DNA of 64,000 nucleotides. Source: the human T2T-CHM13v2.0 reference genome, Homo sapiens. Positions within the stretch are counted from its first letter, which is position 1, and the number at the start of each line of letters is the position of its first letter. Below the pieces are notes generated by a model. That model worked only from the letters and a program-made list of their open reading frames with translations. It was not told where the DNA came from and made no database searches. This document shows, one piece after another, positions 46,777 to 61,184 of the stretch. The DNA lies in assembly GCF_009914755.1 (NCBI RefSeq), contig NC_060945.1; one strand, 5' to 3'. The position numbers were made by a program, and so were the translations under genes.

Positions 46777-49700
46777 ATTGTGATTTTCAGAATTTCAGAC
46801 CTTAGGAATTTTAGACCTTAGGAATTTTAAACTTTAGAGCTTTAAACTTTAGGGATTTTAATCTTAAAATATTTCAGCATTCAAGTTTGTGACATTTGGA
46901 ATTGTGTCCGTTAGAATTATGACTCAAACCTAGATTTTATAGACTTTTTATAGGTCAGAATTTTATTTTTGTCAAAAATAATGAAAAGGCATATCACAAT
47001 ATTGCTTTAATTTACATTACTTTTAGAAAAACAGCATCCTTGGAATTTTAGACAATTTTTTAAAACTGTGAAATGCCTATTTATATATTTTGCCTATATT
47101 TCCTTTGGTTGTTTGTTATTATAGATAATAGGAGGGAGACATTGTATTTTAATAATATTAACACATTTGTTTTATTAATCACAAGAGGACTTCATTAGTA
47201 ATTTATTTGGTTTTTAACTTTTTTAAGTGAAAAAAATCGTTATTTTGTAGTCTACTGTACTATCTTCTGCATCTTCAAAAATTAAAATTTAACAAACGAT
47301 TTTATCTTAAAGTTAGATCTAGTTTATTCACTTTCTACAAAAAATATATATTGACAGAATGTCAACCTAGCAATGAAAAGGTTTTGAAGAAACAAAGAAA
47401 CTGTATGTGAATTTGATGTTTTAAAAGCCCATACTTTTTAGCTTAACAATTTTTGTGGCAGTTTCATAATAAGCCATACTTTTTTGGCTGATAAGTTAGA
47501 AAATCACACAGATGATAGCATATTTCAATAGCACATAAGATACACTCACCCTACTTTACTGAAGTGACGCAAGCTGTCATTCTATGTATTTTTCCTGATA
47601 ACTTCTTAAAGAATCTTATGTTTTTTCCCCCACGGTACATACCAGGATTTATTTTGCACAGAATACTGAAAAAAATGTTTTCAGCTCTGTTCAATGTTTA
47701 TTTTTTGTGTAGGCAGTTCTTGGCATTTACAGTCTGATTTTTAAGGTGGGATTGAGTTTTAAAAGTACGTGGAAAGGCTTGAAAGACTAAAAACAGATAT
47801 CTGTGAATTCTAAATCCTAAAATATGAGTCATTAATTCAAAGTCATGAAAATGCTATACATGGAAATTTCTGATAAAAACTTTAGTGTGAAACAGATACA
47901 CAATCAGGTAAAATGATCCAATGTTTGGTGGTAAAACATCTCCTACATGTAATAGCATTACACAGTAAGTATGATAATGTTTATATATGTGCATTAAGGG
48001 GTATATTGAGTTGAGACATAAATCAGAAACCAATTCTCCCAGACAAAATATATCTCAATCTAATACCTGACCTTATATTGGTGACTAGGCATTTCTGTCT
48101 CACCAAGAAATGTGGATGTTGCAGATTCAGTCACTAGCTCAAAGGTGGTCTTTCTTGGAACCTTTGTTACTTGGCTCTTTGAGTGTCCTCAAGCTGTCTC
48201 TAAATATAAGCTTAAGTTTCAGGCTGAAGTCCCACACAGACCACAACACTATATCTTATTTTTTTAGTTTGTTGAAATATAGATTTTGCTGATTTTTAAA
48301 AAGTCTGCGTGCAGAAAGAAAACATGGCAACAATTCCAAGCTTGAGTTCTGAACACATCTAGTGCTCTATTTATACATGTATACAGTTCAAGATATCCTA
48401 CCAATCCAGTAATTGTTCTTATATTAAAACAAACTTCAGAAAAGCAATAATATATGTTTAGAAAACAAATCCACTACATACTTTAAAACCAGAAGAGTTA
48501 GTAACAAAATAAGGTGTATGTATGAAAGGAGAAGCACATAAACATTTTAAATAAAGGAGAGGCACAATATTCATTTTGAAGAACAAATGAGACTATGACA
48601 TTGAGGCAGTAAATTAAATTTTTTTGCTCGTTAATTATTTAAATTTTAGAATGTATTATGTGAAGTTATGTGGATTATGCTAGCTGCTTTCATCATAGCA
48701 CTCTTTCTGTGGCTGTACAAATCTAAACTTTCATACCTATATATTTATGAGGCTGAACGTATACCTTTCCAAATATTCCCTTTTAAAAAACTTTTTTTGC
48801 CATCATTGTTAAGAGACACTTGAAAGAAATGAACGTGATGAGAGCCAGGTAAGGAGCAGTAAACTACAAATAAAAACAAAATAAAACTTTATGGATCCTA
48901 TTGCCAATGTTAGGTCAGTAGTTTTCTAACTCATGCCAGATGACCTTCAGTTGTGTCTTGGGTACTCTCATTATTTTTTATGACTTCACTGTGGTGTTTA
49001 CTCAACCAGGAATAGTCACTACAAGCTAAACCATTTTGAAATTTCTAAGTAAAAGTTATAGAGTGATGAAAATTTGGGGGTTTTCTTCCCAACTTTTGAT
49101 TATAAGTGGTATGTATGATTTGTGGACAATTCAGACCCATCTTATTTTGATGTGGTTATCGTTTTTCTATGGATGTCTGATGGATTGTACAACAATTTGT
49201 AGTAAGATGCATGTATGTGCATGAAGGTTGTTCAGAAATTTCCACAAGGCACTAGGTAATAAGCAATGCTTTCTCTATAATCCCTTTCCATAGATCCAGT
49301 CTTCCAAATAGATAGAGCCTAGGGGATATCAAGTTCAGTATGGACCCAGAAGCCACTGTTAAGCTAACAAGGAAACTTAGAATAGAGGTGAATATTTGAT
49401 AGTGTTGGCAAAATATTCTCCAGGTGTTGAAATCTTCATCAGCCCTCTCATGCTAATTTCCTGTAACCTGTACACCACAGTCCTATAAATTGCAGACTGC
49501 AAAATCAGAAGAATTGGAAGGGTCTCAGGTCACCTATTTTTGTGGCAATTTGATGTCAAAGTGTTTGTCAGTTCAAGGAGGAATTACTTAGCCAAATTTT
49601 CTCATTTTGAGTTACATACTTCACCTGACTCTTCTGTGGAGGACTAGAAGTCTGCAATTACCATTTAAGTTGATAAGTTCTAAAATATGTAATGTATTTT

Positions 49701-49974
49701 CCACATCTTTGTGTTTGAGGATGTCCTAAGACATGCAGTTTTCAAAACATTGCAACCAAAAGAATTGCGCATTTATTGATGTTCAAAGTTACATAAAATT
49801 ATGTGTAATTAAATTTGGATATTTTATATGTCTTTGAGAAGAGAAAATTCCTACTAAATGGTATGTTTAATTTATTGTTTTCAAAGTTGATAAAATAAAT
49901 GGGTAAATAATATCAAGAAGATTGAATAACAAAACTCAACAGAAACATTCTGTTGTATTCACAATGACTATATG

Positions 49975-50660
49975 TTAACTTTTCCTTTTTATATCATTAT
50001 AGACTCATGACTTTTTAGAATTACTGTATATCATTGATCTCAGCCAATACTCCCCTTTTCATGCTCATGTCTCTCAGCTTATCCAGTGACAGCCCACTTT
50101 AGATTGGCTTCTTTGTCCTTTTGATGCAGTTCCATTAAGTCTTGGAAGCTGCTTTCTTTCTGATACAACAAAATGTTCAAAAATCAATTTGTCTCAACCC
50201 CAGACATAAAATCAGCCATTTTTTCAAGGAGAACCAGTTTCTTTTAATAGAACTTGTATTAGAGATATAAATCTGAGATCTAAGGTAGCTTGTGATAAAA
50301 ATATTAGTATACTTTCCATTTCAGTGACACATATACAGAAAGTATATCTTTATACTTTCTAAAATTTTATTTAAATGTGAATTTATAGATGAATTCATAT
50401 TACTTTTTGTGATTTTCACTGTGATTGTAGTAGGAAAGTTGTTTTATTGAATTTTTTTCTTACACTGAAATTCTGAATTCTTAAAATATAATTACTTTTT
50501 TGCACTAGCAGATTTTACAAGTAAATTGTTGCAAAATAACAATACATTATTAATAATACTATACAATTACTGAATTTCAAAATATTCTAGTGGTTTATTT
50601 AGTTTACAGAGTTTATGCTATTAAATATGTGAAGTCAAATTTCTTCTAGAATCGCTTATA
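49975..50660 (-). mobile_element. L1MC4/5-like 3' fragment
   Basis: ttggcttctttgtccttttga...acaacaaaatgttc...aatcagccattttttcaaggag. Confidence 0.7.
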
Positions 50661-51524
50661 CTTTCTCAGTCTTTGTGGCTATTTAAATATTTATTGATGA
50701 ATCTTGTTAGTTATTCCAGATTAGGTCAATTGTTTCAATTTGATTTTCATATGAGAGTTCTGGCATTCTACATCTCACATTTCTAAATTTCTAGAGGGTT
50801 GAGGTTTTTCTTGTGGCAATTTTTATTTACTAGAAGGCAGAAAAGTTGGTTCAAACCTGAGAAAGGAGAAAAGAACATTTTAAATAGGCCATTCTCTAAC
50901 ATTTTAAGATTCCATTTGATTTATCTTAACACTAAATACGATGACTTACTACTGTAAGTACCCCTTTGTAATCATGCTTTCTGGAAGAATAAACAAATTT
51001 TGCCTACTACTGTTCAATTTCATGTAATATCAGAATCCATACACTTAATTATTGACAATTATTGTTCTGATTTTCTAACATATGAGTAAAACATATTTTT
51101 AAAAATTATGATACACTGATCATGTTTTAAAAATCTCATTATATATTTCTAAATATAGTATTTGAATTTTAAAAGGCATTTAATTAAAAAATTGGAATAA
51201 GTAGTTTTTCTAGGTTGAAAAAAGCACTGGCATTCTAAATTTAGTCAAACAAAGAAAATACAGATTTATCCTTTGCTCTACCTTCTTCATAATTCCCCTG
51301 CAAACTGTCTAGAAACTGGAATTTAACATTCAAAGAAATTCTAAACCCATAAATTTAGAGCCAAACTTCATGTAAATTCCTTATTAGGTATCACATTCTT
51401 ATTATCCGGTTTGTTTTTTGAGCTTAAAACTACAAAAAAGGAATTATTGGTTGGAAATATGTTTAATCATATGTATCTTATATTTTCATATCCAGATATA
51501 AACATTTATTCTGTATTTCTGATT

Positions 51525-53048
51525 AAAGTAAACTGCAATGCATAATTGAAATTTAGATTTAAAAACACAACTTTTACTACAATACCACCACAAAACATGA
51601 AATGCTTAGATATAAATCTAACAACATATGTACATGATTTATGTGAGAAAAACTGCAAAACTCTGATGAAGGAAATTAAAGAAGAACTAAATCAATAGTC
51701 TGTGTTAATGGATAGAAAGACTCAATATTGTCAAGATGTCAGTTCTTCCCAACTTGATCTAGAGATTCAATGCAATCTTAAACAAGATCTCAGAAAGTAA
51801 TTTTGTGGATACAAGCAAATTCATTCTAAAGTTTATATAAAAAGGCAAAAACCCAAAATTGACAATGCAATGTTGAATTAGAACAAAGTGGGAAGATTGA
51901 CGCTACCCAAATTCAAGGTTAATTATGGAACTACAGAAATTAATACTGTGTGGTATTGGTGAAGGGATAGTCAGAGCAATGAACTATTTAGACAGTCCTC
52001 AGAATAAACATATAAATCTAGTCAACTTATCTTTGGCAAAGGGGCAAATGCAGCCTAATAGACCAATGATAATCTTGAAACAAATAGTGCTGGAACAATT
52101 GAACATCAGCATGTAAAACATGAATGTAGACGCAGATTTAATACTTTTCACAAAATTTAACGCAAAATGCAGCCATTTTGAAGACAGCTTGGTGGTTTCT
52201 AATGACTAAAATCCACAACACTGGCAAGACAAAATGTTAGTGAGGATGTGGAACATCGATTTTTATTTATTGCTTCTGGAAATGAACAATGGTACAGACA
52301 CTTTAGAAGATAGTTTGGTGGTGTCTTACAAAGCTAAGCATACTCTTTCCATATGATCCAGCAATCTCACTCTTTAGTATTTGCAAAATAAGTTGAAAGT
52401 TTATGTCTACACACAAATCTACATGCTGGATATTTATAGCAACTTTATTTATAATTGCCAAAACTTGAATATAACCAAGATGTCCTTTTGTAAGTGAATG
52501 AATAAATAAACTGTGGCACATCCAGACAATGAAATATTATTTGGCACTAAAATGAAATAAGCTATCAAGTCATAAGAAGACATGGTGGAAACTCAAATGC
52601 ATATTCCTAGGTGAAAGAAGCCAATCTAAAAATGCTATATACTGTATGATTCCAACTACATGACATGCCGGATAAGGCAAAGCTCTGAAGACAGTCAAAA
52701 AAGATCAATGGTTGCCAGGGGTTCAGGGGATGGAATGAAGAAGTGAAGCACAATGAGAATATTTTGTAAAATACCCTAATGATAGACACACATAATTATA
52801 CACTTGCCCCAAACCGTATAAAATGTGCAATACGGAGAGTGAACCTAATGTATCCATGAACTTTAGGTGGTTATAATGCGTTACTGTAGGTTCATCAGTT
52901 GTAACAGATGTACCACTCTGATAGAGCATGTTCGTAATGGGGGAAGCTGTCCATGAGTGAGGGCGGGAGTATATGGAAATCTTTGTTCCTTTCTCTGAAT
53001 TTTGCTGTGAACCTAAAACTGCTCTAAAAAAAAATAAACTCTTAAAAA
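51525..53048 (+). mobile_element. L1MC1-like ORF2 end + 3'UTR
   Basis: aatattgtcaagatgtcagttcttcccaac...ttttgctgtgaacctaaaactgctctaaaaaa. Confidence 0.9.
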
Positions 53049-53997
53049 CATTAGCCCATACTCAATATATATATTTTGTATATATATTTACTGTATCATA
53101 TATTATATGCGTTTGTATTTTTAAGGATACATTTATGCAACATCCATCACAAAGTGATAGATTCATCAAAAAATCTTCATTTCTCTATTTGAAGCCTGGT
53201 TTAATCATGAATATTATCAATGAGTACTTGTCACTTAAAAACAATTTTTTAAGATCAATATGTGTTCCTCAATTAGTCTTGGCATTCAGATCATTCTTCA
53301 CTTGAAGGATTAAAAAACTGGATAAATTTTAATTGTGGCTTTGAAAAAACTTTACTTATAAATTTACTGCAGCTTGATGAATTTTATTGTCATTTGTTGC
53401 ATCATTTCTTCGTGAATCTTGACTATATCAGCCACTAGATTTCCGATATTTGTATTGCAGTAGTGAAAGCTTAAAGCATTATGATGTTTTTCTTATAAAA
53501 TACAGTGTACTATTTAAATCTTAAATATTCCTTCTGTATTTCTGATGTATTTCCTTAGAATTTAAAAAAAATTCTGTCAATTTCTGTTTTTTTAAATTCA
53601 TATTTCCTCATATTTGTACATATTCTTTTATCATTTATTATATTTTATCTACTAAACCTTATCCAGCTTGATTCACCCAGCATTTGTGGTTCAGATCTGG
53701 TCAAACAGAAGTGCTTTGAATCCAATATGACTGTAATTTACTGGAATTGTACACCCTGAGTCAGGATTTAGAGCTCAGTATTCTTATCTTGACTGTTTTT
53801 GAATCCAGTGAAAACATCAAGGGTTCTCTCCTGGTGTTTTTAGTGAAAGGTTCACTTTTATAACTCCCTATTATTGTAGAAGATTGTTAAAGCTCATACT
53901 GAATTGGAAATGTTCTAATATCCTATTGCAGTTTTAGTTGTTTTAATTAATAATAATGCATGCTGCAATATCAAACAACAGTATTTCAGTGACTTAA

Positions 53998-54450
53998 TAG
54001 GTGGAGAGGCCAAAGGAAAACTTCCCCTTTGCCCTCTGGGCAGTCCCTAAAAATCAAGTTTCAAAAGGTGAAAAGGAAATAAGGAAGTACTTTAGAGGAG
54101 TAATAAAAGATTTTTAGGGGAATTCAGTCGGCTTGGAGAGCACACAGTGCCCTGGGACAAAGTCTGCTGGGCCCACAGAACAGACGATGGTTTGTGAAAA
54201 ATATCTCTCCGGGTGTGTGGAAAGACTTCAGTCTTTCTTCCTGTGATATGAGTTTTAATCTTCTCTGGTTAATAAATTTCAAAGACCATTGTATTCCTCC
54301 TCAGCAGGACTGGTCCCTTCATAAATCTTCATTCTGTGCTTTGGGAAAGACAGATAATTTAGTTAGGAGGAGAGAAAGGTCAGAGAGACCTTGACTTTGC
54401 TTCTTTAGTTCAGTTCTATTTTGGAGTTAAATAGTCTGGTTTAGTCCATA
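53998..54450 (-). mobile_element. ERV1 LTR (MER67-like, tentative)
   Basis: ggccaaaggaaaacttcccctttgccctctg...aaggtcagagagaccttga..tgcttctttagttca. Confidence 0.7.
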
Positions 54451-54502
54451 GGCAAACATTTAATACCTGTTCATACTCTCTGTCTTTGGTAGGTCAAGAG
54501 GC

Positions 54503-54860
54503 TGTCTTAGCTTGTTTGACCTGCTTTGACAAAAATACCATATACTAAGTAGCTGATAAAAAACTGAAATTTACTTCTGAGTTGTAGATACTGGGAAGTC
54601 TAAGATCAAGGAAGATTAGGTTTCTGGTGAGGGTCTGCCGTCTGGCTCATAGAGGGCGCCTTTTCTGTCTCCTCACATGGTGAAAGGATTAAATGAGCTC
54701 CCTCAAGTTTCTTTTATAAAGGCTCAAACATATTCATGATGGCCCTGCCCATATGATCTGCTTACCTGCTGAAGATCCCACCTCCTAATACTATCATCTA
54801 GCGGGTGAGGATTTCATCATACTAGTTTTTGGGGAGGATGTAAACATGCAGACCATAGCA
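54503..54860 (-). mobile_element. MaLR LTR (MLT1A0-like)
   Basis: tgtcttag...ctgggaagtctaagatcaagg...cccacctcctaatac...aacatgcagaccatagca. Confidence 0.88.
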
Positions 54861-54985
54861 AAGACTTTTCAAGTAACGGCTCAAATACCAGAACCCATTT
54901 CATCATCTAGCTTCACCATATCAAAGGAAAGGAAGGGAAGCAGAGAGATGTCAGGCTATTCAAGAGCATTTCATATTTAATTATA

Positions 54986-55635
54986 TGTAAAAGTTACTTT
55001 TATATTTTAACTTGACTGGGTCATGTACTGCCCAGACATTTTGCCAGACATTGTCATAGTGTTTCTGTAAACATGTTTTTGGATGAGAAAAACATTTAAA
55101 TCTGTAGGCTGAGTAAAGCAAGTTACTCTCTGCAATATAGGTAGGCTTCATTCACTCAGTTGAAGGCCTGAGTAGAATAAAATGGCTGACTCTTCAAACT
55201 GAGACATCAGCTAGTTTCCTGCTTTTAAACAGAACAGAAATGGTGGCTTTTCCTGTGTGTAAAGTCTGCTGGTTTTTGAGCTGGCTTTTGAACCATCAGT
55301 TCTCCTAAGTCTCTAACTTGTTGAATCACCCAGAAAATCGTGGGATGTGTCAGCCTCCATAATCTTATGAGCAGTTTCCTTCTTTATAATCAATTTCTCC
55401 CTATGTATATAGATATTATAAGGGACTAGCTTATAATAAATATTAATATTTAAATAGTAAAATACTATATATGTGTATATGTGTGTGTGAGTATATATAT
55501 ATACCACTGCCATATATATATTTTATATGTAATTATATATTAATGATATTAATATATATATATATATGGCAGTGAGTGTGTGTATTTGTGTGTGTGTTTT
55601 CTATTGGTTCTGTTTCTCTAGAGAACTATAATACA
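54986..55635 (+). mobile_element. ERVL LTR (MLT2D-like) with internal TA/TG microsatellite
   Basis: aacttgactggg..tgcccagaca...ctgagtaaagca...ctattggttctgtttctctagagaactataataca. Confidence 0.88.
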
Positions 55636-56699
55636 GTATGGATGTGTTGAACACCACCTTTCCCCCCATTATATTGACCAGAACCAGATTTATGGTCTTG
55701 TCTAAAAGAAAGGGTGGTAAGTAGTATAGTTTTTCATACATCCAGAAAGAAAATTTAAATGGCTTTATAATTAATAGTAATATTTCTGCCTCATTCTGTC
55801 CCTCTACTGATCAGTTATGCAGCTCATTTCATTCTTTGTCCCTTAAAGCACCATCAGTTTTTTCAAGGGAATCAAACCCGAGTCCCATTCCAACGTTGAA
55901 TTCAGTTTGAAATACAGGAATATGTCTAGTTGATATGTAATCTTTTTATCAGACCCAGATATAGCTATTCTTGGAGAATGTGAGCAAGAGTGAGAGGTGT
56001 CTCCCTAGCTCCAAATATACAATTATAGAACTCAAATAAAATAACATTAATAAAATTTTTTAAAATTCCAAATATTACAAGGCAGGCATTGCAACATTCT
56101 TGCCTGAGAGAGGAGGTAAAGTTCCTTTATTAATTCATTCATCTGCTCTTGGGGATAGGAGAATACTTTGTCCAAGATTATTGACTCTGCATTCTGGGAG
56201 GTTTTTCATTTACTCTTTATGGTCATGTCTAAAATAGACATTTTGGAATATGCACTTGTCGGATTCAGTTAACATTTACAGCTCCCTTCCTGAATATGTA
56301 AGGAAGAAACAGAAGTTTGTTTTATGTCTTATTTACTCAAAGCATTTTTAGTACAAGCTGGTGATTTCTCAGCAATGGAATTCTCTCAATATTTCAGTAG
56401 AGTTCTTTCTGCTTTCAATCAATTTCATGTGCCAATAAATTCAAAATTCTTTCCTAGTTGTTACTCTCAATGCTAGTTTAACAGACTTTCTCAACCCAAT
56501 TCTCTCAATTCACTGGTGACTGTTTTTAGGCTCTCCAGAAAAAGAGAAGGTAGGATCATTCCCTGAATCTTGTCTTTCTCTTGAGTTGCTGTATTTAGTT
56601 GAGAAGTTTCACTGGTCATTTGTCACTCAAAGTATTTATTAAATCCTATTTCTTATTCTTTGGGATCAAAAAGAAGGCCGTGTTTTCACTCATATAAGA

Positions 56700-56882
56700 A
56701 CAAAGAAATAAATATCCCAATCTCACTCTTCTCCTAACTTCTGATCTCTTGCTGCTGCTCTCCAATGGCCAAACACATCAGGGAGCAAATTAGACTTTTG
56801 GTGCAGGTCAGTGTCCCAGGGCACAAGGCAGAGACGAATGGAGAGTGCATTTGGAGAGACAAAAAGCGGATAGCACAGCACT
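56700..56882 (-). mobile_element. ERVL LTR fragment (LTR33-like)
   Basis: ctcactctt..ctgatctcttgc..ccaatggccaaac...caggtcag..cccagggcaca..tggagagtg. Confidence 0.65.
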
Positions 56883-59659
56883 TACTTCTTACGATTTTTC
56901 TTCATGTGGATATGGAAACTCTTTTGGTTCCAGTTTATATTCTTAAGCCCTCCATCGTTAAAGGAACACAGAAATCTTTAGTAACAATTCTAAGACATAT
57001 TACTACATATTTAAAACCTAGACATATGCAATTGAATTTTTCTTTAAATCATTCATAAATTCACTATCAATCTCATAATTGTGAAATCACAAGATATATC
57101 TACTTGAAATTCTGAAGGTGATACCAAATGTTATGTCCAAAAGTGATATGGTTTGGGAAAAAAAATTAGAAAGAGAATATACTAGTATTTCTGCCAATCA
57201 TGGAAACAATTTAAAAATATTGCGGTTGCTCAACTTGTTCTATAACATAGAAGATTCCATTAATGTTAAAATAAATCTTACTCAAACAATATATTAAAAG
57301 GACTTAAACTTTTGCTTTTTATGTTTTTAATTTTTATAATGGCTTGTTGGCATTTCAATATTGTCAAGAAAACACCACGAATACACACCATTAATTTCAG
57401 TAATTTTTGGATATTTTACATAATGTATTGCCAATGTAAAAATAACTTGAATGAATTCTTATGACTCCTAAGGGGATTCATATGAACTCATTTCAAGATT
57501 ATAATAGGGGAACCAAGAATGTTTTTTCTTAGTTTGAACTATGACAAATGTATGAATAAATCGTTATTTGATCCTATTGCCTTAGGAAATTCAAAAGATG
57601 CTTATGGGTAAAGAAAAATAAAAAGGAAAAAGCATGACTTAAGACATATCAAAACAAATGTGTATTCAGACTTTTTTAAGTTATAGAATTCTTATATAAA
57701 ATATATAAAAAATGTATTATACAGATCTAACATAACTTCTTTTTAAATGAAAAATGTCTGTATATTTTTAATGCTTTGCTGCTGCATGTTTGTACTTTGT
57801 TTCAAATACCATCAAACTATTAAAACAGCAAATAACTGGGTACAAAAGGATTGACTCAGAATGCCTAATGGAACAGCAGTAACAATCATGAAAAATGTTT
57901 AACTTTTTTCAGCACTGGCTTGATGGTATTATTTTGAGCTCATCTAGTATATTGCTGAGGATTGCTAAAAAATGTTAGCAATTTGTGAAAATGCCATCAT
58001 GTTAATGTACACAACTTTCTGTTCACATTTAATAAAATAGCATACTTTATTTTGCTTTTGTAGATTGCCAAAATAAAATATTTCAGAAAGTTTTCTGAGT
58101 AAAAGCTTGGGATTATCATTTTTTCCCTTGAAATTTTGTTGGTAATTCATCTTAAAAAGGCAGTAATAGTAAAGTTTACTAAAGTTTAAACTTGAAAGCA
58201 AAAAATGATTTGAAGAGAATTTGATGTTCACTTGAATGAACAATTGCAATTTATTTTTCATGAATAGTTTAAAATTTGCCTGGATATTCTTCTTTCAAGA
58301 AACATCTTTGTTTTGTAATATTGTATTATTCTTTCTTATGACAGCCTTGTCAAAATGATTAGATGTTATTCTTGAAGGATAGTCATTCAACAATTATTAT
58401 CATCAATTGCATTACAGAAATTTTGCCCCATGCTTTTGTTCCTAGGGCCTTAGTTTAATAGATACCTTGTACTCAGAACATAATTAGGATTCCTGCCTTA
58501 TAAATAATATTTTATTTTTGCCTTTCAATAATATTATAATATGAAAGAAAAATAAGAAGCAAACAAATTAATGTCATTGATTTTCTTGAGGTAAAAATAA
58601 AGTAATGCCTCCAGAGCATGCTTGAGACAAGTATAAATTTAGCCAAAAATATATCCTTTTCTCATGCAGATATGTACAATACATGGCCAAACACAATGTC
58701 CAAAATTAGTATCCTAAAAAGTAACATTAAATGCACACGCACTCATGGTCCTGTGTTATAAAAGAGGTTTAATTATGATCACTATCATCTAGTTACAAAG
58801 ACAAAAAATTCAGCCAAACTGGCTGAAAAAGAAGACGCTTTCTTGTCAATACAACTTTCAGATTTATCTGACCTTTGGACATGTATCTTGGTTTTAAATG
58901 TACATATATGCGTATGCATCTATAACTGAATATAACCGTGTGGATGCCATCTATATGTCTATGACTGAAGAAAAAGATAGTGCTATTTTCAAATATGCTG
59001 TCAAATGACACTGTTTTAGGCTTTGTAAAATTCATGGGAGGCTAGTCAGCTAGTCATCTTTGGAAGCAAATTGAAGAGTCAAAAGCGGTTAAATTTGCAA
59101 TATTTTATTCAAATATTCACAATTTTGTAATGCTGAGATCTATTAGAAACCACAGAACACTGAATATCTACTTCCATATTTCATACAGCAAATTAAATGA
59201 TACAGACTACACTTAATGAAATTCTTGCTCAACATAATGTAAGATAGAGAAAAAAATACATGAACTTTCTGAAGTTGGAGATTGTCAAATAAAATACAAA
59301 TCAAGACTAGAAGAGAGAGGACCAGTGATATGCTGCAAACTGCTTACCAAAGTTTCCCAATTTTTATCACTGATAACAATGAATTCTCAATAAGTGTTAA
59401 ATGGTTACTCAATCAAGAAAAGTGTATTTTGCAAATGATCACGTAATTTAGATATTAATAATGGAGTGAATGCATGAAGTTTCTCATATTTTTATAGCAT
59501 TGTGATTTTAGCCATATAGTTTATTTATAATACATGAAAAATTTTAGTGTTTTGGCACATAAATGCTCAAAAGATAATTGAAAATTTACTTAGTATGTGC
59601 ACAAGTTTCAGCACCCCTAAAGCACATGAATAGAAGTTAATCAACATAATTTTTAAAAA

Positions 59660-60012
59660 GCGTAAATCAGAGTTTTGAGAGTCTGAGTTGGGAGGATTGC
59701 TTGAGGCCAGCTTTGGCAACATAGTGAGACCCCATCTATTTAAAAAAAAAAGAAAGAAAAGAAAGAAAGAGAGAGAGAGAGAAGAGGAGAGGAGAGGAAG
59801 GAAAAAAGGAAAAGGAAAAGGAAAAGGAAGAAAGAAAAGACAAGAAAGAAAGACAAGAAAATAAAAAAAGAAAAAAATCAGTAGTCTTAGCTACAAGGGA
59901 GGCTGAGGCCAGAGGATTACTTGAGCCCAGGAGCTTGAGGCTTCAGGGAGCTATGACTGCACCACTGTACTCCAGCCTAGGCAACAGAGTGAGACCCTAT
60001 CTCTAGAAAAAA
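59660..60012 (+). mobile_element. AluJ with expanded purine tract in the central linker
   Basis: Left arm to 59741, polypurine 59742-59877, right arm gtagtcttagctac..gagctatgactgcaccactg. Confidence 0.85.
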
Positions 60013-60879
60013 TAAATGTGTTAAATATCAGGCCAAAAGTTTAAACTTTACTTAATATGTAATAGAAACCGAAACAAAACCAGTGGATATGGAATAAATT
60101 TAGCAGAAGTAAGAATAAAGTAATTCAATGCTATAAAAACATGAAAAGGAAAAGATGAAAACAACATAATATTTGCTCTCATGGAGCTAATAGAAATTGG
60201 AGACCAAAGTAAAACAAACAGTTAAAATTCTATAGAAAACATTATAATGGGTTTACCTATATGTGCTATTTGAGGCACAAAAAGTTAGACATTATCTCTA
60301 TCCTGGAGAAACCAAAGAAACATTTGTGACATATCATTTGACCCAAGTCCTTAAGAATTACTGCAGAATTTTTAATTCTGTATATCCTTCAAATTCAAGT
60401 TCATATTTCTTCATTACAGCATTTTAGATGCAGGAACACAAAAGTAATTTCTCTTGAATGTCCCTAAAACCATATTTATGCTTTGGAGCTAAACTTCTGT
60501 TCTAGTTTATTCTGAGTGTGTATACATATATTATCTACATTAATAATTCAATTTGTGAGAATTTGATTGCAGTTTGATTATATTTATATCTCCCCAAGTA
60601 CCTACCTAGTGCACTAAATGACTGTAACCTACTTAGGACAGGAAATCCCAAGAGTCATTTTGATTATGTAATGCTTAAATTCAATAGTTGCAATATATGA
60701 AGACTCTATTTAGTACCTTGAATCTCAGTAGCAACTACCAGTTACCAGAAAGTTTCTATAACCTAAAGTTATAAGTATTATTAGTGTGTGTGCCTGTGTC
60801 TGTGTGTGTGTGAAGAGAGAACAAATGACTGAAAGCACTATAATATTTTAATAGATACAGATTATTTAGTTCTTATTAA

Positions 60880-61184
<305 letters not shown>

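Larger units (their letters stand above)
53950..56690 (-). mobile_element. Ancient MLT1J/K-like LTR plus probable internal sequence, fragmented by younger LTRs
   Basis: atttcagtgacttaa | caaacattta ... attgaccagaaccaga..atgg ... tttctgcctca then ttctgtccctct. Confidence 0.45.

Noticed and set aside
46785-46860. Short direct repeats as a CRISPR-like array
   Set aside because: No unique spacers, eukaryotic context; they are MULE subterminal repeats.
58809-58827. Hairpin ttcagcca-aac-tggctgaa as terminator or small RNA
   Set aside because: An 8-bp stem is expected by chance in 64 kb; no supporting context.
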